From the IMG/VR virus record IMGVR_UViG_3300033066_000693, positions 64,001 through 128,000 of that record: a stretch of DNA of 64,000 nt; one strand, given 5' to 3'. The DNA is from a virus. Within the stretch, counting starts at the first letter, position 1; each line of letters starts with the position of its first letter. Positions 27,853-38,439 of the stretch are shown one piece after another. A program made the position numbers and the translations under genes. Under the pieces are notes generated by a model, which saw only the letters and a program-made list of their open reading frames with translations, did not search any database and had not been told where the DNA came from.

Positions 27853-29846
27853 TTCTTCTTCTTGAACTTCCTGAAGCGATTAAATCCCTTAGGCTTATCG
27901 CCTTCTGCTTTGGGGACTATCGGAGCATTTGTTGCGTCTCGCATACCCCTACACTTAGGATACTTTTCACATCCAAAGAAATCGCCCTTGTATCCCTTAC
28001 GCTGTATCATCTTGTTGTTACAGAGATGACAAGGCTCGCTGCAATAGACTTTCTCAACAACTACTCGTTCCTTGGGCTGTCCATTCTCGTCCATGTTGCA
28101 TGTAAACTTGCATTCCTTATCAGGACAAGCAAAGAACGATCCAAACTTTCCATGCTTGGCAAGGAGCTTCTGCTTACACTTCGGACAATCGAAGTTAGTA
28201 ACAGACAAGTTTTTCTTCATGGTCGTGGCGTTGTCAATATCGCACTTGAGACGAGTCCAGAACTCGTCCAAAACGCCCAGCTTCTTAAGCTCCTTCTCTC
28301 CAATCTTGTCAAGCTTATCTTCCATTTGGGAAGTAAAATTCAAGTCCATGAAACAGAACTTAGCTCCTACGAGGAAGTCGCATACCTTGATGCCAAGATC
28401 GGTTACCTGATATGAGTTTCCGCAAGGCTCGATATACCCTCTTGCTTTCAAGGTTTTAGTAATGCTTGCATAAGTAGCAGGACGACCAATGCCGGATTCT
28501 TCATACATCTTTGTAATAGAAGACTTGGTGTACCGAGAAGGAGGCTGAGTAAACTTCTGCTCAGAAGTTACTGCGGTAATATCGCACTTATCTCCAACCT
28601 TGAGCAGAGGCAATGGCTTATCTTCGCCTGTAGACCAATGCCAAACCTTTCGCCATCCGTCAAAGACCGAAACGCTTCCATTTGCGCCTAGTTCATAGTT
28701 ATCAACTGCAAATCTCGCAGAAACAGCCAAGTTCCTGCCTTTCTCCATCTGACTAGCAACGGTTCGTCGCCAAATCATGTCATACAGTTTCCTATGGTCT
28801 GCTTCTCCGACAATCTGCTCTACCGTAATATCAACGGGACGGATAGCTTCATGGGCCGCTTGCGCTGCCGCCTTGTTGCTGTAAACTTGAACCGTCTTAG
28901 GCAAATACTCGGGAGCATGTCCGCATTTAATGAAGTCTCTGGTTGCCGCCAAAAACTGAGGAACAATGGTTACGGAGTCGGTACGCATATAGGTGATACG
29001 ACCGTCTTCGTACAATCTCTGCGCTACTCTCATTGTCTTGTCTTGGTCCCAGCCAAACAAACTTGCGGCTGTCTGTTGAATCGTTGAAGTCGTAAACGGA
29101 GCGCGAGGAGAAGTAGATACTTCCTTGCTGTCATACTTGGTTACGGTAACAACTTTCTTTGTAAGATCGGCTACAATCTTGTCTGCTTGCTCTTTATTCT
29201 TGATGTCCATCTTTTCTGGCTTGACAAGAGACGCTGAGATCTTCTCCTTCTTAGGAGTAAGCAGGTCTGCGCCAATATCCCAGTATTCAACAGGCACGAA
29301 TGAGCGGATTTCTTTTTCGCGCTCAGCAAGAACCCTCAGAGCAGCGCTCTGAACTCGCCCAGCAGACTTTCCGCCAGTAGCGGACGTAGTAATGAACGAG
29401 CATTTATAGCCCACCAGCCTATCAAGAATGCGTCTAGTTTCATAGCTATCAACTAGTTCATAGTCTATGTCGCCTGCGTTCTTAATGGCGTCCTCAACGG
29501 CTTGTTTGGTAATGCTATTAGTCTTGGCCCTCTTGAATGGCTTACCTTTAGGAAGTTGTTTGCTTAGGTGCCAAGCGATTGCTTCTCCCTCTCGGTCTTC
29601 GTCGCTCATGAGATAGATAAGGTCTGCCTTCTTCGCCTCGTCTACTATGCCAGCGACAACGCCTTCCTTGCCGGGCATGATGGCATAGTTAGGAAGGAAG
29701 TCTTTCTTGATGTCTACGTTGAGGCCCTTTGCGGGAAGGTCTATAACATGACCAACAGACGCTAGGACTTTATACTCTTTGCCCAAATAGCCTTGAATCT
29801 TCTTGGCTTTTTCAGGGGATTCTACGATTACTAGGTACTTTGCCAT
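27849..29846 (-). CDS. topA: Type IA DNA topoisomerase (TopA-like) with C-terminal zinc ribbons
   Basis: The N-terminal Toprim LVIVESPEKAKKI matches E. coli TopA (ALVIVESPAKAKTI). Length 665 aa. C-terminal CPKCKQK...CPDKEC and CHLCNNK...CEKYPKC are zinc ribbons. Confidence 0.8.
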   Translation of the reverse strand: MAKYLVIVESPEKAKKIQGYLGKEYKVLASVGHVIDLPAKGLNVDIKKDFLPNYAIMPGKEGVVAGIVDEAKKADLIYLMSDEDREGEAIAWHLSKQLPKGKPFKRAKTNSITKQAVEDAIKNAGDIDYELVDSYETRRILDRLVGYKCSFITTSATGGKSAGRVQSAALRVLAEREKEIRSFVPVEYWDIGADLLTPKKEKISASLVKPEKMDIKNKEQADKIVADLTKKVVTVTKYDSKEVSTSPRAPFTTSTIQQTAASLFGWDQDKTMRVAQRLYEDGRITYMRTDSVTIVPQFLAATRDFIKCGHAPEYLPKTVQVYSNKAAAQAAHEAIRPVDITVEQIVGEADHRKLYDMIWRRTVASQMEKGRNLAVSARFAVDNYELGANGSVSVFDGWRKVWHWSTGEDKPLPLLKVGDKCDITAVTSEQKFTQPPSRYTKSSITKMYEESGIGRPATYASITKTLKARGYIEPCGNSYQVTDLGIKVCDFLVGAKFCFMDLNFTSQMEDKLDKIGEKELKKLGVLDEFWTRLKCDIDNATTMKKNLSVTNFDCPKCKQKLLAKHGKFGSFFACPDKECKFTCNMDENGQPKERVVVEKVYCSEPCHLCNNKMIQRKGYKGDFFGCEKYPKCRGMRDATNAPIVPKAEGDKPKGFNRFRKFKKKK

Positions 29847-29863
29847 AAGCGTGTATCGACAAG

Positions 29864-29896
29864 AAAAGGGCGCGAGGTTTATGCCTCACGCCCTTT
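29864..29896 (-). terminator. Rho-independent terminator-like hairpin (13-bp GC-rich stem, 6-nt loop) followed by UUUUCUU on the minus-strand transcript, immediately upstream of the topA start
   Basis: aaaagggcgcgagg tttatg cctcacgcccttt. The minus-strand RNA reads AAAGGGCGUGAGG-CAUAAA-CCUCGCGCCCUUUUCUUG. Confidence 0.45.
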
Positions 29897-29923
29897 GAAT
29901 AATCAAGCTACAAGCAGAAAGTG

Positions 29924-30145
29924 TTAGTTGCTGGAAACGGTCTTCAAACTGTACAAGTTACGGGCGGTCGTACTCTGTAGATACGTGCCTTGGCTGCTGC
30001 TGACTACTCGGACTCCGGCGATTCTCGAACGATTGGCGAGCTTGACTGCCTCTGCGCGGCTGACCCTGCGGTTACCTGAGAGGAGGAAGCCTACCGTATG
30101 ACCCTTGCTGTTAATGACTCTCTTCTGTATTGACAATGCTTTCAT
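29924..30145 (-). CDS. small hypothetical protein, 73 aa
   Basis: Tiling ORF upstream of the terminator. Confidence 0.3.
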   Translation of the reverse strand: MKALSIQKRVINSKGHTVGFLLSGNRRVSRAEAVKLANRSRIAGVRVVSSSQGTYLQSTTARNLYSLKTVSSN

Positions 30146-30177
30146 TCTATCTCCTTAAATCTGCTATTGCAGCTTGA

Positions 30178-30762
30178 TTAATACTCTGGATCTTCGTGGT
30201 CTTCTAACTCATCTATGTCTTCGTCTCGGATGTCATGTTGCTTCTTTAGGTTATTGAATGCGTCTTTCATGTTATTGAGAGACTGAGAACCCAGCGAAGA
30301 TTCAAACACTTCCATCCTTAGCTTGTGTTCAAGCTCCATCTCGCATTTTTTCAGCACGCCAAACAACATGATGTTGGCTAGTAGTTTTTGCATAGCTGGT
30401 TTTTCTACGGCCTCTACAACCTCGGCTAGCTCTGCTGGTGTGAAGTCTTTTTTCAGTTCTGTTTCTAACGCGATAGTTAGCTCTTCAATGACGCTTGGCA
30501 AGATCTTTACATATGAAGGTTCATACGCATTGATCATCTGCATGTTTACGGCTATGAGACAATCCTTGGCATACTCAATGCGTTTTTCATTGATGTTAGG
30601 GTTTTGCTTCTTAGCCTTGGCAGCAAAATCTTCCATCCGCTCTTTCAAGTCTTCCTCGATTTGTTTGCGAGATTCTTTGATAAGAACCCGCCCGTCGAGA
30701 TACGACCTAAAAGGACGTATAAAAGCTATGGCTACTTTACTAGCTAAAGAAATCTTTGCCAT
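30178..30762 (-). CDS. hypothetical protein, 194 aa, acidic C-terminus
   Basis: Tiling ORF. The ORFs at 30762-31160, 31141-31497 and 31490-32239 are also probably genes of unknown function. Confidence 0.35.
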   Translation of the reverse strand: MAKISLASKVAIAFIRPFRSYLDGRVLIKESRKQIEEDLKERMEDFAAKAKKQNPNINEKRIEYAKDCLIAVNMQMINAYEPSYVKILPSVIEELTIALETELKKDFTPAELAEVVEAVEKPAMQKLLANIMLFGVLKKCEMELEHKLRMEVFESSLGSQSLNNMKDAFNNLKKQHDIRDEDIDELEDHEDPEY

Positions 30763-32248
30763 TATCCCCTCGTTTTTCTAGCTGTCCCCATTTCTTGACG
30801 CAACCGAGCCTTGCCAATGAACCCGGAAGCAAGTCCGGCAATATGGCACCAAGCCTTAGCGCATTGGGTTATCTCATCCTCCGTCTGCGCCTGAGACATC
30901 TTTAGTTCTCTAGCGTCCAACAGAGGACACTCGGGAGAGAAGATGCCGTTGATTTGCAGTCTCTTATAGGCGATCTCAAGGATATATGGAGGAGTGCCGA
31001 TTGCGTCGGCAAGGTCATTCAGCTTGGGAGAAACGCCTTGCAGGTAAGCAAGGCAAATGGCGATTCCATAACCGCCGTCTCTCTCGTCCATAGGAATCGT
31101 GTCAGATTCCCAATCGTCGCCGCAAATGTATCGAACTGGCCTATCGTAGTGTGATTTCATATGCTTTCTTGCTCTTTATCTCAAACTTAGTTGAGTAACG
31201 AAGAAACACCTGAGCATCTCCAAACTTTTCGAAGATTAGTGGCTCGGCATTCTTATCATCGTCTACAAACTCTCCGGTCTTGCTCAAAACACACGGAAGC
31301 GAAATATATGGATTCGGAGAAATAGGAAAATGATGATGGATGACCCAACCCCGAGTATCAACATTTACCGCTCCGTCCAGACAAGGGACTGAATAAGGAA
31401 CAATAAAGATCTGCTTCTGAGTATACCACCAGTTTAGGTCGCTTCTCGTATTGTCGGAATGGTACTTCTCAACAAAGATTTCAACTTTTTCACGCATTTT
31501 GTAGCCTTCTTTTCAACTCGATTATTCCGCTATCCAAATCGTAAACAACAAGGTCAATCTTATGCTTAGCTAGAAACGCTCTGGTTTTCTCTCTATATTC
31601 AGGAAGAATGATAATCAGAAGACGATTGGTTTTAGCAAAATGCCTCAAAACCTTTCTAGACAATTCGCTTCTGTAACAAATCTGAATCTCATTGTCTTTG
31701 TCGTTCTCTTTATCCCGATAAGTTCCCTTGCAAGAGATTCTCCATAGACCCGGGATCGCAGTCTTGTTGCCATTTGAATCCTGATAATATGTAAGAACCA
31801 AATCTGGCTTGGTCCCGTCTTCCATTTCTCCTATACGAGTGGCTGTCATTCCAACCATCTTAAGAAGATACTGTATATTGTCTTCTAGGCTTTTTCCTGC
31901 GGCAGGCATTGCCCTCTGAGAAATAGAATCTACAACCGCTTTTATCCACAAGTAGCTATCCATAGGAGTAATTGCATTCTCGTTAATAAGAGTATGCCGC
32001 TTTTCTTGCTCTTCTGCTCCTATCTGGTTTGTAACCAGATTCCACTTGTCATCTTTCATCTTATAGAGAGCAATACACTTATCATTTAGAGAGTCTTGAG
32101 TTTTTGCGCAATCGTCAATCTGCGAATCTGAAAAAGTCTTCGCTTCTTCAAACCTCGCCCCATATGTCTCTTCCATGTAGGAATAAACCGGGCTATCATT
32201 ACGACGCTTACTAGAGCGATTTTTTGGTGCTGCTATCATAATTCCCTT

Positions 32249-33331
32249 TTACTGACTACGCAAAGCATGAGGTGTACTTTCAACCCAAGCATGATGCCCT
32301 ATCTCAATACAAGTAGCCGTATCTTGAAGCTCTGCGATGCTCCCTACTCCCGAGTAGGTAAATCCTGAACGAATCCCGCCGCAAAGCTCTTCTATAATCG
32401 GGCGTACAGGCCCTTTTGTCTTGATTTCTATGGCTTCGCCTTCTGCTGCAACTCCAACCTTACCAAGATCGTTCAAGAAGTGCCTAGAAGATTGGCCTCT
32501 ATAAAGCTTGAACGAGCCTTCTCTTGTTCTGATAGGTTCGCCCGGAGTTTCGTCGCATCCAGAAAGCATATTGCCAATCATTACTGCGTCAGCGCCAGCC
32601 GCCAAAGCCTTGACAATATCTCCGCTATTACGAATGCCTCCGTCTGCAATGATTCCTGTCCTGCCGCCCTTATCTACAAGTGCCTTCTTGACATTCATAA
32701 TGGCAGAAAGCTGAGGAATTCCATGACCAGTAACAAGACGAGTCGTGCATACAGAACCGCATCCAACCCCTACCTTGATACAGTCTGCGCCGCAGTCTAC
32801 TAAATCAACTGCGCCCTCGGGAGTTGCTACGTTTCCGGCAATGATGAAGATGTTTGAGAGCTTTCTCAACTCTCGGACAGTATCCATAGCCTGTTCCATA
32901 TGTCCATGAGCAACGTCAAGACATACGATCAACTCTTTAGCAAGAGATTCGTGGAAATCGTCGTTTATATCATTGACAAACCTTACCCAAGTCTCTCCGC
33001 ATCCTACGCTAAAACCAATCCTCATACGAATCTTGGCAACTTCATGAATAGCCGCTGCATAATCGCTTAGGCTTGGATAGAACCTATGAAGGATGCCAAG
33101 ACCTCCGATCTGAGACATTTCTATAGCCATAGCGGTACCAGTTACGGTATCCATGTTGGCGCTAATAATCGGAAGGTCTAGATACTGCTCTGAACCCAGA
33201 TGGGTTTTGAGAGAAATAGTCTTATCGTTACGAGATTTGAAGCGAGAGCGTCTAGGCCTCAGTAGAACATCATTGAAGGTTAGCCATGAAGTAGGTTCAT
33301 AGGTATAGCCCTGTGCGTCCACGAACTCCAT
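32249..33331 (-). CDS. guaC: GMP reductase (GuaC; IMPDH/GMPR family)
   Basis: [21 protein letters not shown]...[10 protein letters not shown] parallels E. coli GuaC (DVLIRPKRSTLKSRSDVEL...PIIAANMDTV). Catalytic Cys loop [11 protein letters not shown]. Length 360 aa. Confidence 0.7.
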   Translation of the reverse strand: MEFVDAQGYTYEPTSWLTFNDVLLRPRRSRFKSRNDKTISLKTHLGSEQYLDLPIISANMDTVTGTAMAIEMSQIGGLGILHRFYPSLSDYAAAIHEVAKIRMRIGFSVGCGETWVRFVNDINDDFHESLAKELIVCLDVAHGHMEQAMDTVRELRKLSNIFIIAGNVATPEGAVDLVDCGADCIKVGVGCGSVCTTRLVTGHGIPQLSAIMNVKKALVDKGGRTGIIADGGIRNSGDIVKALAAGADAVMIGNMLSGCDETPGEPIRTREGSFKLYRGQSSRHFLNDLGKVGVAAEGEAIEIKTKGPVRPIIEELCGGIRSGFTYSGVGSIAELQDTATCIEIGHHAWVESTPHALRSQ

Positions 33332-33344
33332 TATCTTCTCCTAT

Positions 33345-33758
33345 TTAGTCAGTAACGAGCTTGAGCTTATTGATTGCTTCGGACTGTGCAGCATTAGGAA
33401 CCAAGAGTTGCGGAGCTTGCTGAGCCTTGGCCTTTGCTTCCTGCTCTGCTTTCAACTGAGCAATAGCCGCCTGCGCCGCAGACTCATATCTCTCAAATGC
33501 TTCCTTGCGAGTGGCAGCCTCAATAGGGAATCTCATTTCCTGAGGACGAGCAGCGATAACCTCACCATTACGGCCTTGAATCGCAACAGGAATCATGAGC
33601 ATTCCCAAGTAAACCATTGAAGGCTCAGGAGTATCTCCCATTTCCGCCTTGATTTGCTCATCCGTAGGAGCGGCCCCCGTCTCTGCATCAAGAAGCTGAA
33701 GCTCTTCGAGCTTCTCTCCATTGGGGCCATAAAACTGGTAAACAGATCGCATCAGCAT
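33345..33758 (-). CDS. hypothetical protein, 137 aa
   Basis: Tiling ORF. Confidence 0.35.
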   Translation of the reverse strand: MLMRSVYQFYGPNGEKLEELQLLDAETGAAPTDEQIKAEMGDTPEPSMVYLGMLMIPVAIQGRNGEVIAARPQEMRFPIEAATRKEAFERYESAAQAAIAQLKAEQEAKAKAQQAPQLLVPNAAQSEAINKLKLVTD

Positions 33759-33811
33759 TGAATCATTCCTTTCGAGTTAGCCTTTTATCGTCTTGGGGCG
33801 AGGTCTTTCTG

Positions 33812-34765
33812 TCAGCTATCACGTAAATCCCAATCGACCATGAGTTTGCACAAATCCTGCATAGAAGTGGAGGCTTTCCACCCGAGCTTCATTTCGGCCT
33901 TAGTGGAATCTCCTAGCAAATAGTTCACTTCGGACGGTCTGTAGTATTTTGGATCGATTACCACAAACTCTTCCCAATTAAGACCTACATAGCTAAACGC
34001 TTCCTTCAAGAAGTCTTTTACCGTATAGCTCTTGCCAGTTGCAATTACAAAATCGTCAGCCTTATCCTGCTGAAGCATAAGATACATCGCCTCTACGTAT
34101 TCCTTGGCATAACCCCAATCTCTTTTTGCGTCCAAGTTACCTAGCTTTAGATCCTTCTGAAGACCCTTCTTGATCCTAGCAACTGCTTTGGTAATCTTCT
34201 TTGTTACAAAGGTTTCGCCTCGTCTGGGACTTTCATGATTGAACAGAATCCCATTGCAAATGAACATGCCATAAGACTCTCGGTAGTTTCGGCATAGATA
34301 ATGAGCGCCTACTTTTCCGCAAGCATAGGGACTCTGCGGCAAGAAAGCGGTGTTCTCATTTTGAGGAGCAGGGGACGCCCCAAACATCTCGCTCGAAGAG
34401 GCATTATAGATCTTACAGCCCTTGATTCCAGCGCTTCTTACCGACTCAAGAACATTCAATGTTCCTAGAGTTGTAGACATTACTGTATCATGCGGTATCT
34501 CAAAACTTACCTTGACATGAGACATGGCTCCAAGGTTATAGACTTCATTAGGCCTAACCTCTTGAATGATTTTAGAAATGCTATTCTGATCCGTAAGATC
34601 TGCATAATGGAGATTGAGTCTATCAAAGATATGGTCAATTCGTCCTGTATTGAACGAGCTTGAACGTCGCACCGTGCCATGAACTTCATAGCCTTTAGAC
34701 AGAAGGAGTTCCGCTAGATATGAACCGTCTTGACCAGTGATGCCAGTAATCAATGCTTTGTACAT
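33812..34765 (-). CDS. gmd: GDP-mannose 4,6-dehydratase
   Basis: [58 protein letters not shown] and [18 protein letters not shown] are near-identical in pattern to bacterial Gmd. The likely start is the internal MYKALITG; the track ORF extends to 34795. Confidence 0.85.
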   Translation of the reverse strand: MYKALITGITGQDGSYLAELLLSKGYEVHGTVRRSSSFNTGRIDHIFDRLNLHYADLTDQNSISKIIQEVRPNEVYNLGAMSHVKVSFEIPHDTVMSTTLGTLNVLESVRSAGIKGCKIYNASSSEMFGASPAPQNENTAFLPQSPYACGKVGAHYLCRNYRESYGMFICNGILFNHESPRRGETFVTKKITKAVARIKKGLQKDLKLGNLDAKRDWGYAKEYVEAMYLMLQQDKADDFVIATGKSYTVKDFLKEAFSYVGLNWEEFVVIDPKYYRPSEVNYLLGDSTKAEMKLGWKASTSMQDLCKLMVDWDLRDS

Positions 34766-35670
34766 GCTAGCCCTCCTATGTTTTCTAAGAACCAATCATA
34801 GGTACTCTTGAGTCCAGCATCCAAATCCGTAAACGGCTCTAGCTCGAACTCAGAAGAAACCTTCTCTATACTAACGTCTTTTCTATGAATACCGTCTAGC
34901 CGTCCGTTGAAATACGTAGAACCAAAGAATCCTACAGTCCTCTGAACTGCTTGAGAGATTTCAGCGATACTATAGTTTCTAGGATTAGCAAAATTGAAAT
35001 CGCCATGCTTCCCCGTTTTCAAGAACTTAACAATCTGTTTTGTCAAATCGTCTACATAAGTAAGTTGTCTAAGAGCAAGACCAGATCCGTATAGCTCCAC
35101 GCCCTTGTCAGTATCTTTAGCGTTATGATATTTGAGCATGAGGGCTGGAATAACATGGCTCTTTTGCAAGTCAAACGTGTCATTAGGACCATACAGATTG
35201 CTTGGGTAGATTACCGTCCATTTGAATCCGTACTGTTGTCTCGCTGCGTCTATTTGCACTTGCATCATTCGTTTTGCGAATGCATAGCCATAGTTCGTCT
35301 GCTCTGGATATCCCTTATGCAAAACTTCTTCTTTGATAGGATAAGAGTCTACAACCGCAGGATATACGCAAGTGCTTGACATAGCAATGAGTTGTGGCAC
35401 TCTTAGCTGAGTACAAGCGTTGACAACGTTTGTATTGATTTTGAGGTTCTCAACAAAGTAATCATACAAGAAGTCTGAGTTATCTTTGATTCCTCCGACT
35501 CTTGCAGCCAAATGGATTACTACGTCAGGATTGCAGGTATTGAACACCATATTGGTGCTTTTTTCATCTCTAAGATCGCAGTCCGCTGAACTTAGATAAA
35601 TAGCTTCAGGAATAAGCTTCTTCAAAGATTTCCCAACCATTCCGCTTCCGCCTGTAACTAGAATTTTCAT
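34750..35670 (-). CDS. fcl: GDP-L-fucose synthase (GDP-4-keto-6-deoxymannose 3,5-epimerase/4-reductase)
   Basis: [35 protein letters not shown] and STYDWFLEN parallel E. coli Fcl ([30 protein letters not shown]). Confidence 0.75.
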   Translation of the reverse strand: MKILVTGGSGMVGKSLKKLIPEAIYLSSADCDLRDEKSTNMVFNTCNPDVVIHLAARVGGIKDNSDFLYDYFVENLKINTNVVNACTQLRVPQLIAMSSTCVYPAVVDSYPIKEEVLHKGYPEQTNYGYAFAKRMMQVQIDAARQQYGFKWTVIYPSNLYGPNDTFDLQKSHVIPALMLKYHNAKDTDKGVELYGSGLALRQLTYVDDLTKQIVKFLKTGKHGDFNFANPRNYSIAEISQAVQRTVGFFGSTYFNGRLDGIHRKDVSIEKVSSEFELEPFTDLDAGLKSTYDWFLENIGGLACTKH

Positions 35671-35679
35671 GATTTCTCC

Positions 35680-36045
35680 TTAGAAGCAAAAACCTTCTTC
35701 AATAAGTTCATCGGGCATATCTTCCGGAAAGACAAATGTTTCGTCTGGGACTTTCTTTTCCGGCGGCGGCTGTATCGTGTAGTAAAGACCGTCAGGCTTT
35801 ATTTGCTTCTTAAACGATATTTGACAGTCCTTGAGAATGTTCTCAATCATTGGACTGTTTGCAGGATCAACTACAATTTGTTGCTCTACTCGCTTAAGCT
35901 GGGTATTATTGATTACAACATATACCTCGTCCATATTCATGCCAATGATATGAACTATTTTGGCTGGCTTCTTTCGTCTACGGGGCTTCTTAGTCTTAGG
36001 ACTGGATTTATCCGCAGATTTCTTTAGCGCTTTGTCTTTATGCAT
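35680..36045 (-). CDS. hypothetical protein, 121 aa, basic N-terminus
   Basis: A strong SD (AGGAGGT) lies 5 nt upstream of the ATG. Confidence 0.45.
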   Translation of the reverse strand: MHKDKALKKSADKSSPKTKKPRRRKKPAKIVHIIGMNMDEVYVVINNTQLKRVEQQIVVDPANSPMIENILKDCQISFKKQIKPDGLYYTIQPPPEKKVPDETFVFPEDMPDELIEEGFCF

Positions 36046-36119
36046 TCATAACCTCCTGAAACAAATGATATTGTGACTTCGGAGGTAAATATAACCAGAA
36101 AGCGCATTTCACCAAAATG

Positions 36120-36803
36120 TTATGGCAATCTTGGATTGAACCCTATTCTTTTTCTGCGCTCATACGTTCTACCGTCATATGTATAGAAGGACTCGTTCTT
36201 CAGATGAAGTTGGTCCTTTCCTGTATAGTCTATCCAAGAATGCTTGATTATGACGTTATCAATGTAGGTTGCTTTCCCCATTCCATAGGTAACATCATGG
36301 AATTCGTTGTCACAGTAAACACTAACGTAGCTTGGATGGTAAATATAGCCAAAGTAGTCATACATAGGCTTACCCATGATAGAAAGCGTATTCAAACGAG
36401 TTCCTACCCTGCCGTCATTGTAATGCAGAACCCCATTCAAATCAGGGTAGTATTTGAGCATGTCGTCTAGGATTATCTTGTCATATCCATGTTGAACCGG
36501 CGTCATATCGTCGCTAGCCAAAAGGACTATCTTCCAATCCTTATGGTGATGCATGTCTGCGTTTATGGCTTGAACCTTGGTTTTTGAGTCCCCATAGTAG
36601 TAGAATATGTTCTGCCGACCGCCATTGGCGGGGCTGAGCCACCACTTCATGTCCTCATTGTTCATCGTAGCGTCGTCCGAGTCCATAGAGACTACGAATT
36701 TTACCTTGGTCTGCCCAGAAAGCATACTGTAATATTTGTCAAACTGATTACGGAACTTATCAGGTCTTGCCCTAGTTGGAATCTTGATTAGCAGATCAAA
36801 CAT
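36120..36803 (-). CDS. hypothetical protein, 227 aa (possible glycosyltransferase)
   Basis: Tiling ORF in the glycan island. No confident motif. Confidence 0.3.
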   Translation of the reverse strand: MFDLLIKIPTRARPDKFRNQFDKYYSMLSGQTKVKFVVSMDSDDATMNNEDMKWWLSPANGGRQNIFYYYGDSKTKVQAINADMHHHKDWKIVLLASDDMTPVQHGYDKIILDDMLKYYPDLNGVLHYNDGRVGTRLNTLSIMGKPMYDYFGYIYHPSYVSVYCDNEFHDVTYGMGKATYIDNVIIKHSWIDYTGKDQLHLKNESFYTYDGRTYERRKRIGFNPRLP

Positions 36804-37263
36804 TTTGTCTCCAATACTTCTTGAGTATTCCTACATAGTCAGAGCAAATCCCATAAACCTTCACCTCTTCATACTTGGACATCAAAGATTCCAAAGACAA
36901 AAGCGGTATAATCGACTTCTCATCCGCTTCTTCCAAGTTGTGCGACCAAATCAGTTTGCAGTTATGAATAATGGTATGCTTCTCTTGTTCATGGAAGAAT
37001 ATTCTGAGGTTGCTGTCAATCAGTGTTCGTAGCGCAGAGAAGTTCTTGGTATGGACCCATAGCTTATCATTGCGGGCATACATCCACGCTGGATCGAACT
37101 CATACTGAGGGCCGTCATGCCCTAAGAAAAAACGCCCATCCTTTACCCATACGTCTACTTCTACTTCATATCCTGCGTCTATTGCTGCTTGAATATACTC
37201 AAGGCGATTTTCCATTTCTGGCTTGATATTATCAATGTTACCTCTATGGGATATCAATATCAT
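36796..37263 (-). CDS. glycerophosphodiester phosphodiesterase (GDPD)-like protein, short (155 aa)
   Basis: ISHRG...ENRLEYIQAAIDAGYEVEVDVWVKDGRFFLGHD matches the GDPD N-terminal signature (HRG...ENT...E.DV..TKDG..V..HD). Confidence 0.4.
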   Translation of the reverse strand: MILISHRGNIDNIKPEMENRLEYIQAAIDAGYEVEVDVWVKDGRFFLGHDGPQYEFDPAWMYARNDKLWVHTKNFSALRTLIDSNLRIFFHEQEKHTIIHNCKLIWSHNLEEADEKSIIPLLSLESLMSKYEEVKVYGICSDYVGILKKYWRQNV

Positions 37264-37628
37264 AGTTCCTCGATTCGTTTGGCTTTATCGTCAATTACTA
37301 TATCGAACAAAGGCTTCTTATCGCCCATAACAAGAGTATGGAATTTTGCATTCCATCGCTCAAGTTGTTCTATGGTCAGCTTGCGTAGCGCTTCAACCCT
37401 CTCGCCATTCTCGGGCTGCGTACTTCCTCTGGCGGTCCAATAAACTATAGTCCATCCTTCGTCATACATCTTGTTGATTTTGGCTATGTTCTTATGGCTT
37501 GGGATGGCGTCTTCGTAGATATATCCATTCTCATAGAAACATATCGTGTCGTCTATGTCAACATATGCTGTGGGGGTCTTGTTATTCTTACTGTGGGTTT
37601 CTTTCATGGTATGACTTCCAATAATCAT
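37260..37628 (-). CDS. HAD-superfamily phosphatase-like protein
   Basis: DxDxT motif (VDIDDTIC), motif II Thr (VYWTARG) and motif IV (GDKKPLFDIVIDD). Confidence 0.45.
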   Translation of the reverse strand: MIIGSHTMKETHSKNNKTPTAYVDIDDTICFYENGYIYEDAIPSHKNIAKINKMYDEGWTIVYWTARGSTQPENGERVEALRKLTIEQLERWNAKFHTLVMGDKKPLFDIVIDDKAKRIEEL

Positions 37629-38430
37629 AAGACCTTATCAAATCGACATGATCTTTGATGTGTTGCGGCGAGTTCAAAATCGTTTTCCATGCCTCAAAGG
37701 TTCTGACTTCTTCGGGAGTACCAAATACAGTAACGTACTTAGTAGGATAAACGTCCACCTTCAATCCGTCCTCAATCAAAAGATTGTACACCAAAGTTAC
37801 ATAGTATTCGCCATTGTAGTTGATGTTCTTATCAATGAGGGACTGGAAATACTTACGGACATAGCTGCCCTTCTTGAAGTAATACGTGCCTGTAGAAGCA
37901 TGCTCGCTTGAAGGATCATTCCAGTTGTACGGCTCTTTTTCCTTGATAGCCAAGACTCTACCATTGTCGTCTTTGATATGCGCCATAAAGGTAGGGCTGA
38001 GACGATGGGGATGAAATCCAACATGGCTCAAGATACAGCCGTCGCTATTGTTTGCCGCTACATACTCTTTGAAATGAGCATAATCCCAAATGTAAGGGTT
38101 ATCGCAGTACGTAATGATGACTTCTTTATCGTCCTCGATATACTGCATAACTTCTGAATCAAGAACAGTAAAGACTGGTCCCTTTTTATGAGGCGGGATG
38201 GAGAGTATTTTTGCGTTTGGAACCAATCCCAGCAAGACAGAACGCATTTCTGTTGTAGCTAGATGCGTCTCATTACAAATGAATACAAACTCGTCGTTCT
38301 TCGTATCAAACATCTCGCAGATGTATTCGATTATTCGCTTACCGCCAACTTTGATAAGAGGTTTTGGGTCGGTGTATCCCGCTCTGATAAAACGGTCCCC
38401 AGTTCCGGCCATTGGTACAATCACTCGCAT
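37588..38430 (-). CDS. sugar-phosphate (or small phospho-alcohol) nucleotidyltransferase, LicC/RfbF-like
   Basis: N-terminal MRVIVPMAGTGDRF...PKPLIKVGGKRIIEY is the NTP-transferase signature. Confidence 0.55.
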   Translation of the reverse strand: MRVIVPMAGTGDRFIRAGYTDPKPLIKVGGKRIIEYICEMFDTKNDEFVFICNETHLATTEMRSVLLGLVPNAKILSIPPHKKGPVFTVLDSEVMQYIEDDKEVIITYCDNPYIWDYAHFKEYVAANNSDGCILSHVGFHPHRLSPTFMAHIKDDNGRVLAIKEKEPYNWNDPSSEHASTGTYYFKKGSYVRKYFQSLIDKNINYNGEYYVTLVYNLLIEDGLKVDVYPTKYVTVFGTPEEVRTFEAWKTILNSPQHIKDHVDLIRSYDYWKSYHERNPQ

Positions 38431-38439
38431 GTTTTACCC

